Origin: an uncultured bacterium
GTDB taxonomy: Bacteria > Eisenbacteria > RBG-16-71-46 > CAIMUX01 > WJJG01
Direction of reading: 5' to 3'
DNA: 64,000 nt
NCBI GenBank assembly: GCA_964417675.1
Contig: CAYQJL010000282.1
Location: 148,794 to 212,793, forward strand
Positions 1 through 10,549 of this stretch are shown here, one piece after another. The notes under the pieces are model-generated. The model was not told the DNA's origin and searched no databases. It was given only the letters and a program-made list of their open reading frames with translations. The position numbers and the translations under genes are program-made. Positions within the stretch are counted from its first letter, which is position 1. Each line of letters starts with the position of its first letter.

Positions 1-203
1 GCACTCCCCGCCCAAAGGCGGCCACGATTCGCTCATGGAGGTCCGCATTGTGCCTCAGAAGGCCCCGCACGATCCGGTCTGCATCGATGTGGGCCACATC
101 CCCGTCGGCACGCATGAGGCGGCAGAAGGTCGACTTCCCCGACCCGATGCCACCCGTAACGACCACGGCCCGGACGGGCGCATCCCCGCCTCCCCGCGGC
201 ATC
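1..203 (-). CDS. coaE: dephospho-CoA kinase, N-terminal part (gene runs off the window start)
   Basis: Minus-strand translation from the ATG at 203 gives MPRGGGDAPVRAVVVTGGIGSGKSTFCRLMRADGDVAHIDADRIVRGLL... The P-loop GGIGSGKST and the DADRIV motif are typical of CoaE. The frame stays open to position 1. It is not in the ORF track because it is truncated, and the + ORF 35..289 is its antisense. Confidence 0.75.
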
Positions 204-221
204 GGTTCATGGCCCCGGCCC

Positions 222-3149
222 CTAGGCATGCGCGTCATACCAGGTCTTCCCCCAGCCGGCATCCACCTTCAGCGGAACCGCGAGCTTGAACACCGAGGAC
301 ATCTCATCCTCCACCAGGGCAGCCATCTCAGAGGCCTTTGCCTCGGGCAGCTCGAGCAAGAGTTCGTCGTGAACCTGCAGCAACAGGTGCACGTCCGGGT
401 GTTCCCGGGCCAGGCGCCGGTGAAGCCGGATCATGGCCCGTTTGATCAGATCGGCCGCCGAGCCCTGCACGGGCGTGTTCAGCGCCATTCGTTCGGCGGC
501 CGAACGATCCCCGTGGTGCCCCGACAGAAGATTGGGCAGATAACGCCGCCGCCCGAGCAGGGTCTCGGCGTACCCGCGCGATCGGCCTGTCTCGACACAG
601 GCGTCGATGTACACTTTCACGCCGGGGAGCTTGGCGAAGTACTCCTGGATGAAGGCCGCGGCCTCCTTCACGGGGATGCCCTGCTCGCGCGCCAAACGCT
701 GCGCGCCCATCCCGTAGAGGATTCCGAAATTGACCGTCTTGGCCCGCGAGCGCATCGCTGCATCCACCTGTTCCTCCCCGACCCCGAAAACCCGTGCCGC
801 CGTGGCGCGATGAATGTCGGCTCCCTGGCAGAACGCCCGGGTCAGATAGTCGTCCTGGGAAAGGTGGGCGAGAATTCGCAGTTCGATCTGCGAGTAGTCC
901 GCCGATAGCAGACAACGACCGGGCGGAGCCGCAAACGCCCGGCGGACCCTCCGTCCCAGGGGAGTGCGTATCGGGATGTTCTGCAGATTCGGATCTGAAG
1001 AGCTCAGCCGACCGGTCGCCGCCACGGTCTGGTGGAAATGGGCATGAATGCGGCCTGTACTCGGAGAGACCATTCTGGGCAGAGCTTCGACATAGGTGCT
1101 CTGTAGCTTGCTCAGTTGGCGGTACTCGAGGATCTTGGCGGGCAGGGGATGTTCAACGGCCAGCTCCTCGAGCACGTCCTGGCTGGTGGAGTAGCCGGTC
1201 TTGGTCTTTCGTTTCGCCGGTAGTTTCAACTGCTCGAACAGAATGACCTGAAGCTGCTTGGGGGAATTGATGTTGAAGACACCGCCCGCCAGATTGTGGA
1301 TCTGTGCGGAGAGTCTGCTCTGCTCAGCCTCCAGTTCCCCCGACATGGCCGCAAGCACCTGACGGTCGAGTCCAATCCCGGTCGACTCCATATCCAACAG
1401 CACCGGAAGCAACGGCATCTCGAGATCGAGAAACAGCTCGCGCGCATCCACGTCATCAAGATTGCGCGCCAGCAACGGCATCAGCCGCACGACGGCGTCG
1501 GCATCCTCACAGGCGTAGGGCGCCACAGCAGCCGGCGGTAGTGTTCCCATCGAGACCTGCTGACGGCCCGTTCCAATCAAGGCGTGAATCGGAATCATGG
1601 CGTGATCAAGAAACTCGGCAGCCAGCGCATCGAGACCGTGGCGCGTTTCCGGATCGCGCACATAGGACGCAACCATCGTATCCCACAAGGGACCCGCGAC
1701 GGGAAGTCCATGCCGTCGAAGCAGATGCAAGTCAAACTTCAGATTCTGCCCCATCTTGGTGACCTGCGCGTCGGCCAGCAACCGTCCAAGACTCTCACGC
1801 ACGGCCTCCAGCGGTAGGCGGGGCTCCTGATCGTGGCCCACGGGCACATACCAGGCCCGCCCGGCTTCCCACCCGAAACTGAGACCAACCAGCTTGGCTG
1901 TCAGGGGCGCGGTGGAGTCGGTCTCGGTATCGATGGAGAGTCCTGGGAGGCCCCCACCCCCGCCGGGAAACCGGCGAATCACCGCCTGGAGTTCACCGGG
2001 CGTGGTGATGAGCGTGTAGGCCACGTCCCAGCCGTCGGCGACCTGTATGCGCCTTGGCAGACCAGTGGCAGCCGCCCCGGAGGATCGATCTTCCGGCGCA
2101 GCACCCACCCCGGCCGCGTTTCCATCGCCGGCGCCCGCCCCGACCACGCTTCCATCGCCGGCGTCCCTCTCGGCGGCCGCCGCCGTCGCCGCGCCTGCCT
2201 GCGCGCCCAGAGCGCCGCCACTCGGCTGCTCCGATGGATCACCGAACACGCGCTGGGCGAGGGCGTGGAACTCCATCTCCTCCAGAAAATCTTGAAACGC
2301 CCCCTGCTCTGCCGGATCGGCAACCCTGAAGGCCTCCGCCGGCGCCACCTCCACATCGGTGCGAATGCTGACCAGGTCGCGGCTCAGATAAGCCTGCTCG
2401 CGGCCTTCCTCAAGCTTCCTGCGCATGCCGCCCGGTTCCACCTGGGCAAGATTCGCGTAGACTCGGTCGAGATTGCCGTGGACCTGGAGTAGCTTCGCGG
2501 CCGACTTCGGACCGATACCCTTGACCCCGGGCACGTTGTCCGAGCTATCCCCCGTGAGGGCGAGGAAGTCGATGAACTGCTCCGGCCGTACACCCCACTT
2601 CTCGACCACCTCCTCCGGACCCACCCACTCGGCCGGCTCCCGCCCTCGCGACGGAATGTACTGCGTGATGGCCCCGCCGATCAGTTGCGCGAAATCCTTG
2701 TCCCCCGAAACGATGACGGCGTCCCAGTCACGACCGGCGGCCTGGCGGGCCAACGAGCCGATCAGGTCGTCCGCCTCGAGGCCTTCCTGCAGCAAGGCCC
2801 GCCAGGAGAGCGAGTCGACCAGCCGGTGAGCCAGGGGAAACTGGCCCTTGAGTTCCGAGGGCATCTCGGGACGATGGGCCTTGTATTGAGGATAGATCTT
2901 GTGACGAAACGTTGGCCCGGGTGGGTCGAATACCACGGCGATGTACTCGGCCTTCTCGTCGCGTCGCAAGGCCAGGAGCGTGCTGGTGAAGCCGAACAGG
3001 GCCCCCACGTGCTGACCCCGGGATGTGGTCAGAGGCCGCCGGAGAAAGGCGAAGTGCGCCCGGTAGAGAAGGGCGGATCCGTCCACCAGAAAGAGGCGCC
3101 GCCGCTTCCGCCGGCGGCCGTCCGAATCGGGCGACTCGGGACCGTGCAT
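222..3149 (-). CDS. polA: DNA polymerase I
   Basis: 975-aa ORF. The N-terminal 5'-nuclease domain (LFLVDGSALLYRAHFA) is followed by 3'-5' exonuclease and polymerase domains with motifs RRAAKTVNFGILYGMG and VHDELLLE. A Gly/Ala-rich insertion of about 55 aa carrying a 30-bp tandem duplication lies at about 2105-2170. Confidence 0.97.
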   Translation of the reverse strand: MHGPESPDSDGRRRKRRRLFLVDGSALLYRAHFAFLRRPLTTSRGQHVGALFGFTSTLLALRRDEKAEYIAVVFDPPGPTFRHKIYPQYKAHRPEMPSELKGQFPLAHRLVDSLSWRALLQEGLEADDLIGSLARQAAGRDWDAVIVSGDKDFAQLIGGAITQYIPSRGREPAEWVGPEEVVEKWGVRPEQFIDFLALTGDSSDNVPGVKGIGPKSAAKLLQVHGNLDRVYANLAQVEPGGMRRKLEEGREQAYLSRDLVSIRTDVEVAPAEAFRVADPAEQGAFQDFLEEMEFHALAQRVFGDPSEQPSGGALGAQAGAATAAAAERDAGDGSVVGAGAGDGNAAGVGAAPEDRSSGAAATGLPRRIQVADGWDVAYTLITTPGELQAVIRRFPGGGGGLPGLSIDTETDSTAPLTAKLVGLSFGWEAGRAWYVPVGHDQEPRLPLEAVRESLGRLLADAQVTKMGQNLKFDLHLLRRHGLPVAGPLWDTMVASYVRDPETRHGLDALAAEFLDHAMIPIHALIGTGRQQVSMGTLPPAAVAPYACEDADAVVRLMPLLARNLDDVDARELFLDLEMPLLPVLLDMESTGIGLDRQVLAAMSGELEAEQSRLSAQIHNLAGGVFNINSPKQLQVILFEQLKLPAKRKTKTGYSTSQDVLEELAVEHPLPAKILEYRQLSKLQSTYVEALPRMVSPSTGRIHAHFHQTVAATGRLSSSDPNLQNIPIRTPLGRRVRRAFAAPPGRCLLSADYSQIELRILAHLSQDDYLTRAFCQGADIHRATAARVFGVGEEQVDAAMRSRAKTVNFGILYGMGAQRLAREQGIPVKEAAAFIQEYFAKLPGVKVYIDACVETGRSRGYAETLLGRRRYLPNLLSGHHGDRSAAERMALNTPVQGSAADLIKRAMIRLHRRLAREHPDVHLLLQVHDELLLELPEAKASEMAALVEDEMSSVFKLAVPLKVDAGWGKTWYDAHA

Positions 3150-3187
3150 CTACGAATCCTCCCGTCGAACTGCAGGGTAGGCGGGGC

Positions 3188-3790
3188 TCAGACCCGGCCG
3201 TACAGACCATGCCGCTCGATGTACTCACACACCGGATCCGGGACCAGGAAGCGTACCGGACGCCCTGCAGCAAGGTCCTCGCGCAGCTCGGAGGAGGACA
3301 CATCCACCTGCGGCCCCGCAATCCAATCGACCTGCGCCGCCAGCTTGCCGGCCACGGGGGCACCATACCCGGGCCGCGCGTAGACTGCCAGTCGCGAATG
3401 ACACAGGATCCGCTCGGGGTCTTTCCAGCCGGGAAGATCGTCGAGGCTATCGCGGCCCAGAAGCAGCCAGATGAGCAGATCGCTCCGTCCGCTGTGAAGC
3501 GCTTCGAGTGTATCCGCTGTGTAAGAAAGACCCGCGCGCGACTCCTCCAGGGCTGATACGGTGAACGGACGGATTCCCGCGATGGCCAGATGCACCATCT
3601 CCAAGCGATGCTGGAAGGCGCTCAGCTGGCGCTGTGTCTTGTGCGGGGGACGGTAGGCGGGAAGAAACCGTACTTCATCCAGCCGCAGTGCCGCGGCACA
3701 GCGCGAGGCCAGAACGAGATGTCCGACATGCGGCGGGTCGAACGTGCCGCCCAGAATACCCAGATTCACGAGTGCCCCCGGGATCCGCAA
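3188..3790 (-). CDS. nadD: nicotinate-nucleotide adenylyltransferase
   Basis: 200-aa ORF with GILGGTFDPPHVGHL (the (H/T)xGH nucleotidyltransferase motif) and NadD-like length and layout. Confidence 0.88.
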   Translation of the reverse strand: MRIPGALVNLGILGGTFDPPHVGHLVLASRCAAALRLDEVRFLPAYRPPHKTQRQLSAFQHRLEMVHLAIAGIRPFTVSALEESRAGLSYTADTLEALHSGRSDLLIWLLLGRDSLDDLPGWKDPERILCHSRLAVYARPGYGAPVAGKLAAQVDWIAGPQVDVSSSELREDLAAGRPVRFLVPDPVCEYIERHGLYGRV

Positions 3791-3793
3791 CGG

Positions 3794-4576
3794 TTAGCGA
3801 GGAAGCGCGGCGAGCTTCTCCCGGGCACGGGCAAGAAGATCACGACCGTCCTCGTAGCGCCCGGGATCCGGCTCGAGCAAGGTCACCAGCCGCTCGTAGT
3901 ACGCCGCGGCCGACTCCCAGGCCTGTTCCTGCTCGAAGGCGCGGGCAACGCCGTCCACCGCCTTGCCCGCCACGGAAGCCTGGGGCCACTGCTCATACGA
4001 CTTCAGGAAATAGCGTCTCGCGGCCTGCGTGCGGCCAAGCCGCAAATAGGTACGGCCGTTCAGATAGGCCTTCTCGGCCAGAGTGTCCTGGACATCGGCC
4101 ATCGCCGCGCGGGCCTCGTCCACATATTTGCCATTCGGATGGCGCTGGAGATAGTCGGCTAGTGCCTTGACGGCTTCCTCGGCCGGTTCTGGATCCAGCG
4201 CCGGACCCCGCATGCTCAGAAACCAGGAGCGGGCGACCTCGTAGAGCGCCTCTTCCCCAAAGGAGCTGCGTGGAAAGGCCGTAAGAATCCGTTCGAACGC
4301 CTGCCGGGCAAGTCGATGCTCCGAGTTTCCCTGGTGTGCCTTGCCCAGGTAGAAGAGCGCATCGTCGATGAACTGGCTGCCCGGGTACTGCCGCTCGAAG
4401 GCATCGAGCAGTTCGATGGCCTCCATGTACCGGCCACGGTCATAGGCTGTCTTGCCACGCTCGAACTGCCCCTGGGCCCCGGGCATCCCTGACGGACCGG
4501 ACGCCGAACTGCATCCGAGACAGGCCAGACCGATCAACCAGAGAAGACGGGTCGCAATGCGGATGGCATGGGTCAT
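3794..4576 (-). CDS. bamD: TPR-repeat outer-membrane assembly lipoprotein, BamD/YfiO-like
   Basis: The ORF-track entry 3794..4954 was trimmed to the internal start MTHAIRIATRLLWLIGLACLGCSS, which has a signal peptide and a Cys-containing lipobox-like site. TPR-like repeats (YDRGRYMEAIELL, ALFYLGKAH, YLRLGRTQAARRYF) follow. The ATG at 4576 was verified in the sequence. Confidence 0.6.
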   Translation of the reverse strand: MTHAIRIATRLLWLIGLACLGCSSASGPSGMPGAQGQFERGKTAYDRGRYMEAIELLDAFERQYPGSQFIDDALFYLGKAHQGNSEHRLARQAFERILTAFPRSSFGEEALYEVARSWFLSMRGPALDPEPAEEAVKALADYLQRHPNGKYVDEARAAMADVQDTLAEKAYLNGRTYLRLGRTQAARRYFLKSYEQWPQASVAGKAVDGVARAFEQEQAWESAAAYYERLVTLLEPDPGRYEDGRDLLARAREKLAALPR

Positions 4577-4806
4577 GATTGCCGTTTCTGTAATGGTTTC
4601 AAGGTCTCCTGGCCCCGCCTTTCGTATCGGCTGGCATCGGGTCCGCCCCACGGGCCGGCCTGCTCCCCATGCCCGTGTGTGTGCCTGCTCCGGGCCGTTA
4701 CCTACTCCCGCGCGTGCCTGCTCCGAACAGCTGCCTACTCGCTCGCGGGCTTGCTCCAGGCGCTCGTGCCTGTCCGTGCCAGAGCAGACATGGGATCGTC
4801 TGGCAG

Positions 4807-5880
4807 CTACTTCTGATTCTGATCGAACAGGTACACCAGACCACCGATGATGGCTGTGACGATCACCGGTTCGATGAGGCGGCGCAGCTGTGCCCCCTCG
4901 GGCCTCTCGATCGCAAAGGGATACCCGTTCCCCTCCGCGTAGGGCAACGCCCACCCCGGTAGCTCATCGATGTTGATGCGATCGCCGGCAGCTACAGCCG
5001 CCACGCGCCCACCCGGCTGCACCACCCGGCTTCCGCGCACCTTCACGCTGGCGTAGCGGCCGTAGCGGCGCGGTCCCACCAGCCAGTCGCGCTTGACCCA
5101 TGGATAGCTGACCCCGCATTCAAGAACCCGGAACGTAAGGATCTCCCCAGCCGGAGGCAGAATGAGCACCGGTTGGCCGGGCGTCTCGACACCCGTCTGA
5201 GCGCCAGCCTCCTGTTGCTTCTGCTGTTGCTGCAGCGCACGACGCCGGGCCGGCCGGATCGGTTCGAGGTCGGCCTCCTCCTCATCCTCTGCTTCCTCAC
5301 CCGTACCGCTGCCCGACCCCTCGGCCTCCTCGCCGAACTCCGACTCGTCGGCCTCGGCAAATGGATCATCAGCCTCCTGATCGGACTCCGGATCCTGATC
5401 GGACTCCGGATCCTGATCGGATTCGGCCTCCTGCCCAAGCGGCGATTGCGGCCCCGTCTCGGGTGGCTCGTCCCCCGGACCGACCGGTTGCGATTCCCCG
5501 CCGCGAGAGGCAGCCCCAGGCACACTGCTGGGAACAGACACCGCCGCCGGCGCCCCACCGGGCCCGGCCAAGGCCGGGCGGATGACTCCGTACCCGCGCT
5601 CCCGCAGGCCCCGCGCAAGAAGACCACCTACAAACCAGTTGGCCGGGTGCTCGGTCTCGGGAATCAAATGGACGTCCGTGCCGGGGGGGAAATCGAGCTG
5701 ATCGAGACACTCCACGACGGCGGCGCGGCCAAGTGACTCGAGGAGTGACAGGTGATCGGGGCGCTCCTCACCGGCACTCGCGGTCCGCAAAACGCAGCAG
5801 AAAGTCCCGAGCAGAAGCGCCCATCCCGCCAGTGCCAGCAGAAGCTGCCGGCCTACCTGGCTCTTCAGCACACGCGTCAT
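4807..5880 (-). CDS. hypothetical membrane-anchored protein with an acidic repeat region
   Basis: 357-aa ORF with an N-terminal hydrophobic segment and a central Asp/Glu-rich low-complexity stretch (ESDQDPESDQDPESDQ), encoded by an 18-bp x3 tandem repeat at 5378-5431. The C terminus is a hydrophobic helix (IEPVIVTAIIGGLVYLF). I recognise no family. Confidence 0.5.
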   Translation of the reverse strand: MTRVLKSQVGRQLLLALAGWALLLGTFCCVLRTASAGEERPDHLSLLESLGRAAVVECLDQLDFPPGTDVHLIPETEHPANWFVGGLLARGLRERGYGVIRPALAGPGGAPAAVSVPSSVPGAASRGGESQPVGPGDEPPETGPQSPLGQEAESDQDPESDQDPESDQEADDPFAEADESEFGEEAEGSGSGTGEEAEDEEEADLEPIRPARRRALQQQQKQQEAGAQTGVETPGQPVLILPPAGEILTFRVLECGVSYPWVKRDWLVGPRRYGRYASVKVRGSRVVQPGGRVAAVAAGDRINIDELPGWALPYAEGNGYPFAIERPEGAQLRRLIEPVIVTAIIGGLVYLFDQNQK

Positions 5881-5943
5881 CAGGGCTTGCCTCCCGTCAC
5901 CGAACTCGAGCAGCCGGACATGTGTGGCCCGCCCGGCACGCCC

Positions 5944-7320
5944 TTACTCACCGCGATCTCTCGAAGCGGGTACGGCCACCAAATCGTAGGCACCCGCACC
6001 GATCATCCGCGCCCAGACCCAGTCTCCAGGTTCGACACAACCCGCACGTACGAGATCCGGCGCCTTGTAATAAACGATGCCATCGATCCCAGGCGCCTCG
6101 CCGTAGCTGCGAGCCGTGGCATAGCCCTGATCGCGATGAACCCCTTCGATCAGGAGGTCACATTCCTGGCCCTTACGCCTCTGCTGCAGAAAAACCGCCT
6201 GCCCGCGCTGGAGTTCCAGCACCTGTTCCCGGCGTGCCTCGGCCCGAGCCCGAGGCACCGGATGGGGAATCGCATACGCCCGCGTACCGTCCACGGGACT
6301 GTAGGCAAACGCTCCAAGACGGTCAAAGGGAAATTCCTCCAGGAATCGTAGAAGCGACGTCAGGTCTTCCTCCCGTTCTCCCGGATGGCCAAGCAGAACG
6401 GTGGTGCGCAGGATGAGATTGGGAATGCGCGTGCGCAGGGCGCGTAGCAACGTCTCGAGCGCCGCACGCGTGTGCCCCCGCCCCATGGCCTTCAGCAGCC
6501 GGTCGCTGGCGTGCTGGATCGGCATGTCCACATAGGGAATCAGCCGGGCTGCCCCGGCATACAGCTCGATGAGTTCGTCGGTCCAGTGTTTCGGATGGGT
6601 GTACAGAACCCGAATCCAACGCGGCCCCTCCGTCAATCCCTCGAGATGGCGCAGAAGAGCCGCCAGCGACGGCCTGTCCGGCAGGTCACGTCCGTAGGCC
6701 GTGGTATCCTGCGCGATGAGAATCACCTCCTCGACGCCCTCGGAGGCCAGTTCAAGGACTTCCTCCCCGATGGCTTCCAGACGCCGGCTCCGTTGGGGAC
6801 CCCGCAGACGGGGAATCAAGCAGAAGCTGCAGCGGTGATCGCATCCCTCCGCGATCTTTACATACGCGCTGTGCGGGCTGCCGGTCGGCACGCGGATCGG
6901 CCGGTCGGGCTCGGGCTCGAAGCATCCGATCCATGCCATGCCGCGCTCGCCGGCCGTGACCTTCGAGACCAATTCGGGCAGGCGGCTCAGTTGTCCAGGT
7001 CCAAGCAGGGCATCGATCTCGGGGATCTCCTTCAGGAGTTCCCCGCCATATCGTTCAGCCAGGCACCCGGTAACGATCAGTGATCGCGATCGACCGGCCT
7101 GCTTCAGCTGCGCCAGCTCCAGGATCTGATCCACCGACTCACGAACGGCATCCTCGATGAAGGCGCAGGTGTTGACCAGGAGCACCGCGGCCTGTTGCGG
7201 ATCCGCGACCAGCCGGTAACCGGCCGCCTCCAGCGCGGCCAACATGCGTTCGCTGTCGACCTGGTTCTTGGGACAGCCCAGCATGAGCAGGCAGCAGCTC
7301 GTCCTCCAATCCTGGGGCAT
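5944..7320 (-). CDS. rimO: ribosomal protein S12 methylthiotransferase (radical-SAM MiaB family)
   Basis: Trimmed to the ATG at 7320 (MPQDWRTSCCLLMLGCPKN...). It has the MTTase N-domain, the radical-SAM CxxxCxxC motif (CDHRCSFC) and a TRAM-like C terminus. The start lies 2 nt after the stop of the upstream gene. Confidence 0.88.
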   Translation of the reverse strand: MPQDWRTSCCLLMLGCPKNQVDSERMLAALEAAGYRLVADPQQAAVLLVNTCAFIEDAVRESVDQILELAQLKQAGRSRSLIVTGCLAERYGGELLKEIPEIDALLGPGQLSRLPELVSKVTAGERGMAWIGCFEPEPDRPIRVPTGSPHSAYVKIAEGCDHRCSFCLIPRLRGPQRSRRLEAIGEEVLELASEGVEEVILIAQDTTAYGRDLPDRPSLAALLRHLEGLTEGPRWIRVLYTHPKHWTDELIELYAGAARLIPYVDMPIQHASDRLLKAMGRGHTRAALETLLRALRTRIPNLILRTTVLLGHPGEREEDLTSLLRFLEEFPFDRLGAFAYSPVDGTRAYAIPHPVPRARAEARREQVLELQRGQAVFLQQRRKGQECDLLIEGVHRDQGYATARSYGEAPGIDGIVYYKAPDLVRAGCVEPGDWVWARMIGAGAYDLVAVPASRDRGE

Positions 7321-7322
7321 GT

Positions 7323-8051
7323 TCAATCGACATCCAATCGCTCGAAGCCCTCGGGAATCGGGAAACCGAACAGGTCCTCCGGCACGCGGGCCAGCCACTC
7401 CCAACTCAGAAACTGGAAACGGACCCGGTTGCCCTCCTCATCCACATAGCGGTAGTAGGCCGGCGTGGCCCGTGTCGTCTCGAGGACGACCTCCAGCTCG
7501 TGTAGCCCCCACTCGGGCCTCGGAGGCAGTGCGATGTGGGCGAACTCGCGGCCTTGCTCATCACGCTCGATCCACGCCGTGGAATCCGCCGCTCGTTCGA
7601 GTCCTTCCCAGAAGAGCTCACCCAGACCGGTCGTGTGCCGGACAGCCGCGCGCAGTACCTGCCGCTCCTCGGGAATCACCGTATAGACATGCTCGCCGTC
7701 GCTGCCCACAACATGTCCGTCCGGCTCACTGTAGTCAAACCGGAACCGATCCGGCGGCGCCACCGTCAGCCGCCCCCGGGCCTGGTCGGGTTCATCGAAG
7801 GCGGCCCACCGATTGATCTGCTCGAACTCGGCTGCAAAGCCGACAGCGTCCTGCATGCGCCCAAGCACCTGCTCAACAACCTGTCCGGCCAGCTCCCTGT
7901 CCCGTGCGGCCGAACGGCTCGCGGCGGCACTCGGGTCGCCCCCTGCATCCATCTCCCCGGCAATCGCACTGGGGCCGAGTAGCAGCGCCGCGATCAACCC
8001 GGCCACGGCCGCCCACCCCGAACGCTCCGGCATCTCGCCCAGTACTCTCAC
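7323..8051 (-). CDS. LolA-like outer-membrane lipoprotein carrier family protein
   Basis: 242-aa protein with a signal peptide (AAVAGLIAALLLGPSAIAGE) and a LolA-like beta-rich body. The GTG start overlaps the ftsK stop by GTGA. Confidence 0.6.
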   Translation of the reverse strand: MRVLGEMPERSGWAAVAGLIAALLLGPSAIAGEMDAGGDPSAAASRSAARDRELAGQVVEQVLGRMQDAVGFAAEFEQINRWAAFDEPDQARGRLTVAPPDRFRFDYSEPDGHVVGSDGEHVYTVIPEERQVLRAAVRHTTGLGELFWEGLERAADSTAWIERDEQGREFAHIALPPRPEWGLHELEVVLETTRATPAYYRYVDEEGNRVRFQFLSWEWLARVPEDLFGFPIPEGFERLDVD

Positions 8052-10549
8052 GATGATATCGCCGCCTCCGTGCCGAGCAGCTCGGCGAGCTGATCCGGAC
8101 GGTAGAGCACCTCACGGGCCCGGCTTCCGTCAGGAGGGCCCACCACCCCGGCCCGTTCGAGCATGTCCATCAGGCGTCCCGCGCGGGTGTACCCCACCCG
8201 CAGCTTGCGCTGCAGCATCGAGGTCGAACCCTGGCCGCTGCTGACCACGATCTTGAGCGCCTCGCTGAAGAGCGGATCTTCCTGGTCATCTTCATCACCC
8301 AGGACGCCGCCGTCCTGTTCCGGCTGAATCAGTGATTCCGACTCGGGAAACTGCTGCAGGTAGGCCACGATCTGTTCGGTTTCCTCGTCGCTGATGAAAG
8401 CGCCATGAATGCGGTGAGCCTCGGCCTTACCGGGCGGAATGAAGAGCATGTCACCACGCCCGAGCAATGACTCGGCTCCATTCATGTCCAGGATCGTGCG
8501 CGAATCGGTCCGGCTCGCCACTTGGAAAGCAATCCGGGCCGGGAAGTTGGCCTTGATCACTCCGGTGATCACATCCACCGAGGGACGCTGGGTGGCCAGA
8601 ACCAGGTGAATGCCTACGGCCCGCGCCATTTGCGCGAGCCGGGCAATGGGAACCTCGACTTCCGAGGAATTCGAGAGCATCAGGTCCGCCAGCTCATCGA
8701 CCAGGACGACGATGTAGGGCATCGGCCGGCCCGCCTCTTCCGGGCCGGCCTTGGCCTGCCTCTGATGATAGCTGGCAATGTTGCGAACGCCGACTCCGGC
8801 CAGGATCCGGTAGCGACGTTCCATTTCGCGCGTGAGCCAACGCAGCGCCTTGGCGGCTTCCTTCGCCTCTGTCACTACCGGCTGGAGCAGATGAGGAATC
8901 CCGTTGTAGCCGGTGAACTCGAGCATCTTCGGATCGATCATCAGCAGCCGTAGACGGTCGGGTGCGTTCTGCATCAGCAAGGAGACGATCAGCGTATTCA
9001 TGCAGACGCTCTTGCCGGAACCGGTCGTGCCGGCCACCAGCAGATGGGGCATCTTCTCCAAGGCAGTGTAAAACGGCCGGCCGGCCACATCCTTGCCGAG
9101 CGCCACCACCAGTTCGCCTTTGCTCTCGAAGAACGCCCTGCGACCGGCCACTTCCTTGAAACCGATCAGCGCAGGCTCGCGATTGGGGATCTCGACACCC
9201 ACCGCGGCCTTTCCCGGAATCGGGGCCAGCATACGTACCCGCGGGGCGCGCATCGCCAAGGCCAGGTCCGTTTGCCGGCTTACGATCTGGCTGATCGTGA
9301 CCCCGACCCCGGGCGTGAACTCGTAGCGGGTGATCACCGGCCCCGGATGGACCTCACTGACCTCCCCCGCGATTCCGAAGCTGGCCAGCGTGTCTTTGAG
9401 GAGCTGCGCGTTGGCGTAGATCTCATCTTTCGAGACCTCGCTGCCGCCCCCGGCGTAGTCACGCAGCAGGTTCAGAGGCGCCACCGGCCGTGCGCCTCTG
9501 GGCACCTCCGGCGCCGGTCCACGCCGTTTGGATTTGCCCGCCGGTGCCTCCGACCCTACGCCCGTCCCGGTCATCGGTGCGATCGCCCCGGCGGCGGGCC
9601 GGGCTGACTCCACAGCGTCTCTGGAAAGCTCCGGCCGCCGCGTGCGTTCTTCCTGCAGGTCGCTCCCGCTTACGGCCAATTCGGGCATCCCTTGATCCCG
9701 ATCCACCTCCTCAACTCCAGCCGCCAAGTCGGGCTCCGCGCTGCCGCCGACGGTCACACCCCGACGGCGCTCCTCGCGCATCATGCGCGCGGCCTCCGAG
9801 GCCACCTCGTCTTCCACACCGTCCCGACCCCGTTCTCCCAGGCTTCTGACAGCACGGCCAAAGGCACCCGCGCCTGCTCGGAGGCCCCTGGCGCCCCAAC
9901 TTCCCGCGGGACAGAGCAGGCCCTGCCAGAGCGCCCGTGCAGCCGCGGCGCTCCCCGTGCCGAGGAAAGACACCAGCCCAGCGACCGCCTGCCCGATCCA
10001 ACCGCCCATCCGCGCCAGATTCTCCCCCACCGCGGCCGGCAGGCCGTAACGCAGGAGCAGGATCGTGGCGAAGAGCGACAACGCGCCCAGGGCCAGACCA
10101 TGTTGCATGGTGCCCTCGGCCCCGAAGAAGTTGCAGACCGCAAGATGAACCTGAGCGGCAATCCGGCCGTGGAGGGTCGGATGGGAGGCAGGCGAAACGA
10201 CGCCCTGCAGGAACGCGTCCCACAGAATGACGAACGGTCCGACGAACACCAGCTGACCCCAGAAGATCACTCGAGGAAGCCGAGCAAGCAGAGCGATGCC
10301 CCAGAGCGTGCCGACCAGCAGGATGAGTCCGAGTCCCGGAATCCCGAAGGCCTGTACCCAGAACTGGACCCAAACCTGCCCGAAGGGGCCTGTCATGCTG
10401 CCCCAACCGGGACCGGTCAGGCTCAAAGCAGTCAGGAGACTGACCGCCAGAAGGAGGAGACCGAGCACCCAACGCCGGGGAGGCTTGCGACGGCTACGAG
10501 CCATACCTTCCTCCACTGACCCACGAGCTGCCGGAGACAAGGAGCGCAC
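8048..10549 (-). CDS. ftsK: DNA translocase FtsK
   Basis: 833 aa with N-terminal TM helices, a proline/acidic linker, a motor domain with Walker A AGTTGSGKSV and the signature VLATQRPSVDVITG, and a gamma domain (LQRKLRVGYTRAGRLMDMLE). Confidence 0.95.
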   Translation of the reverse strand: MRSLSPAARGSVEEGMARSRRKPPRRWVLGLLLLAVSLLTALSLTGPGWGSMTGPFGQVWVQFWVQAFGIPGLGLILLVGTLWGIALLARLPRVIFWGQLVFVGPFVILWDAFLQGVVSPASHPTLHGRIAAQVHLAVCNFFGAEGTMQHGLALGALSLFATILLLRYGLPAAVGENLARMGGWIGQAVAGLVSFLGTGSAAAARALWQGLLCPAGSWGARGLRAGAGAFGRAVRSLGERGRDGVEDEVASEAARMMREERRRGVTVGGSAEPDLAAGVEEVDRDQGMPELAVSGSDLQEERTRRPELSRDAVESARPAAGAIAPMTGTGVGSEAPAGKSKRRGPAPEVPRGARPVAPLNLLRDYAGGGSEVSKDEIYANAQLLKDTLASFGIAGEVSEVHPGPVITRYEFTPGVGVTISQIVSRQTDLALAMRAPRVRMLAPIPGKAAVGVEIPNREPALIGFKEVAGRRAFFESKGELVVALGKDVAGRPFYTALEKMPHLLVAGTTGSGKSVCMNTLIVSLLMQNAPDRLRLLMIDPKMLEFTGYNGIPHLLQPVVTEAKEAAKALRWLTREMERRYRILAGVGVRNIASYHQRQAKAGPEEAGRPMPYIVVLVDELADLMLSNSSEVEVPIARLAQMARAVGIHLVLATQRPSVDVITGVIKANFPARIAFQVASRTDSRTILDMNGAESLLGRGDMLFIPPGKAEAHRIHGAFISDEETEQIVAYLQQFPESESLIQPEQDGGVLGDEDDQEDPLFSEALKIVVSSGQGSTSMLQRKLRVGYTRAGRLMDMLERAGVVGPPDGSRAREVLYRPDQLAELLGTEAAISS

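Noticed and set aside
35-289. + strand ORF 35..289 at the left edge
   Set aside because: The minus strand here encodes the CoaE P-loop N terminus, and the + ORF is its antisense shadow.
48-3149. Numerous long ORFs on the + strand across polA (48..908, 794..1246, 1304..1762, 1833..2492, 2685..3383, etc.), with similar antisense ORFs over ftsK, the PTS permease, GH57 and mrdA
   Set aside because: They are antisense or overlapping frames inside strongly supported genes. High GC suppresses stop codons, and they have no motifs.
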